Below are positions 30,682-32,000 of a stretch of 32,000 bases of DNA, in pieces. The stretch spans positions 840,001 to 872,000 of the forward strand of contig NC_018267.1 in the NCBI RefSeq assembly GCF_000306885.1, written 5' to 3'. The translations under genes were made by a program, and so were the position numbers. Positions within the stretch are counted from its first letter, which is position 1; each line of letters starts with the position of its first letter. The notes beneath the pieces are model-generated. The model did no database searches, was not told the DNA's origin, and saw only the letters and a list, made by a program, of their open reading frames with translations. Origin of the DNA: Wolbachia endosymbiont of Onchocerca ochengi (GTDB lineage Bacteria; Pseudomonadota; Alphaproteobacteria; Rickettsiales; Anaplasmataceae).

Positions 30682-32000
30682 CTACTTAAACATTTTTTTT
30701 AACTGATTAATTTCATCAGCAAAATTTGAGTCAGTCCTTATAAAATTTTCTATCTGTTTTACTGCATGTATAACAGTAGCATGGTCTCTACCACCAAAGC
30801 TCCTTCCAATATCTGGAAAACTTTTTTGTGTAAACTTTTTAGCAAAATACATAGCTACCTGCCTCGGCCTTACAAGAGCACGGAGTCTTCTATTAGAGTG
30901 CATATCTGCAACTTTTATATTAAAAAACTCAGCTATCTTTTTTTGTATTTCTGCTATTGTAATTGGCTTATGATTTGATCTAAGAAGATCTGCTAGAGTT
31001 TCACTGGCTGATTCTACTGTTATACTTCTTCCGATCAATGAAGTATGGACAACTTTATTTAAGGCTCCCTCTAATTCTCTTATATTAGATTTTATGTTTT
31101 TTGCTAGAAATTCTAGGACATCATCTGGAACGTATATATTCATTTGTTCCACCTTGATCTGCAATATACCAAGTCTTAATTCAAAAGTCGTTTCATTAAT
31201 ATCTGCTACCAACCCCCAACCAAGACGGGATTTTATTCTCTCCTCTACTCCGTCAAGATCACTAGGAGATCTATCAGCTGATATAACCAATTGCTTATTT
31301 TGGTCTATCAATGCATTAAAAGTATGAAAAAACTCTTCTTGCGTACTATCTTTACCACTAATAAACTGCACATCATCTACCATCAATACATCTACCGATC
31401 TAAATTGTTCTTTAAACAACATGATATCTTTACTCCTTAGTGCTGTAATATATTGGTACATGAATTTTTCCGCTGATAAATATACTACTTTTCTTTTTGC
31501 TGGAAGAGAATTGACTATGTACCAAGCTATAGCATGCATTAGGTGTGTTTTACCAAGCCCTACCCCGCCATATAGAAACAAAGGATTGCTACCTGATATT
31601 GGATCTATTATAGACTCTGCCACACGTTTCGCAGCTGTAAACGCTAGCTCATTTGGCTTTCCTACTACAAAGTTATCAAAAGTAAATCTCGGATCCAGTG
31701 GTGAACCAAGGCTATGATTATTACTCTCCTCCTTACTCTTTGCTATAGCATTAGAACTTAAATCCTTTTCCTCCCCGGTTACTCGAATATCAATAGAACG
31801 TATATTTTTATCCTCACTTTGCCATAAAGATAGTATCTTCTCCATATAATGAACTGTAATCCACTCCTTTATAAACCTTGTTGGTACAGATAACAAAACT
31901 TCTTCATTGCTACTACTGACAAATCTAAGTGAACTTAGCCAGCTGTTATATGTCGCCTTCCCATAAAGATTATAAAGACAATTCTGGATTTTTTCCCAAG
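30682..32000 (-). CDS. dnaA: Chromosomal replication initiator protein DnaA; N-terminus runs off the window
   Basis: Walker [13 protein letters not shown], Walker [10 protein letters not shown], sensor and box VII regions, and the domain IV DNA-binding helix ([14 protein letters not shown]...[20 protein letters not shown]). The track's TTG start at 31896 is internal. The frame stays open to position 32000 (...[42 protein letters not shown]...). Confidence 0.95.
   Translation of the reverse strand, partial: WEKIQNCLYNLYGKATYNSWLSSLRFVSSSNEEVLLSVPTRFIKEWITVHYMEKILSLWQSEDKNIRSIDIRVTGEEKDLSSNAIAKSKEESNNHSLGSPLDPRFTFDNFVVGKPNELAFTAAKRVAESIIDPISGSNPLFLYGGVGLGKTHLMHAIAWYIVNSLPAKRKVVYLSAEKFMYQYITALRSKDIMLFKEQFRSVDVLMVDDVQFISGKDSTQEEFFHTFNALIDQNKQLVISADRSPSDLDGVEERIKSRLGWGLVADINETTFELRLGILQIKVEQMNIYVPDDVLEFLAKNIKSNIRELEGALNKVVHTSLIGRSITVESASETLADLLRSNHKPITIAEIQKKIAEFFNIKVADMHSNRRLRALVRPRQVAMYFAKKFTQKSFPDIGRSFGGRDHATVIHAVKQIENFIRTDSNFADEINQLKKMFK

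Noticed and set aside
1-32000. CRISPR arrays, tandem repeats, IS elements or transposases, prophage WO genes, ankyrin-repeat or cif-like genes, toxin-antitoxin pairs, and defence islands.
   Set aside because: I saw no regularly spaced direct repeats, terminal inverted repeats, transposase or integrase motifs (other than the chromosomal xer relic), or clustered hypothetical genes. Every ORF above about 170 aa has a clear housekeeping assignment.

Overview
The window reads as ordinary core chromosome of an AT-rich, reduced-genome alphaproteobacterial endosymbiont. Gene content and order look like Wolbachia or a close Anaplasmataceae relative. That assignment comes from my recollection of these proteins and has not been confirmed by a search. 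I call 24 intact protein genes, all housekeeping. On the minus strand: sucC (partial), rpsU, secB, gltA, rpsT, plsC, an hda-like gene, an AI-2E/PerM permease, a co-oriented tig-clpP-clpX-lon block separated by 10-14 nt spacers, murG, lpdA, a DsbA-like oxidoreductase, and dnaA (partial). On the plus strand: a Tim44-like gene, dnaQ, SCO1/SenC, a BON-domain protein, gshB, sucA, ubiD, and a single-HKD PLD/Nuc-family protein. There is also one tRNA-Leu(UAG) and two low-confidence small ORFs. I found no CRISPR array, IS element or transposase, prophage, toxin-antitoxin pair, secretion locus, or defence-like multi-gene system. I do not think this window supports a claim of a novel system. What stands out is gene decay. 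A xerC/xerD-family tyrosine recombinase gene is broken by at least three lesions. A GIY-YIG nuclease gene survives only as a recognisable relic. Six ORF-free spacers of 451-1743 bp total about 5.2 kb, or 16% of the window, and sit between otherwise tightly packed genes. Secondary candidates are a signal-peptide-bearing PLD/Nuc protein, a DsbA with a long N-terminal extension, and a 102-aa orphan ORF downstream of dnaA. Every homology statement here rests on motifs read by eye and needs BLAST/HMM confirmation.
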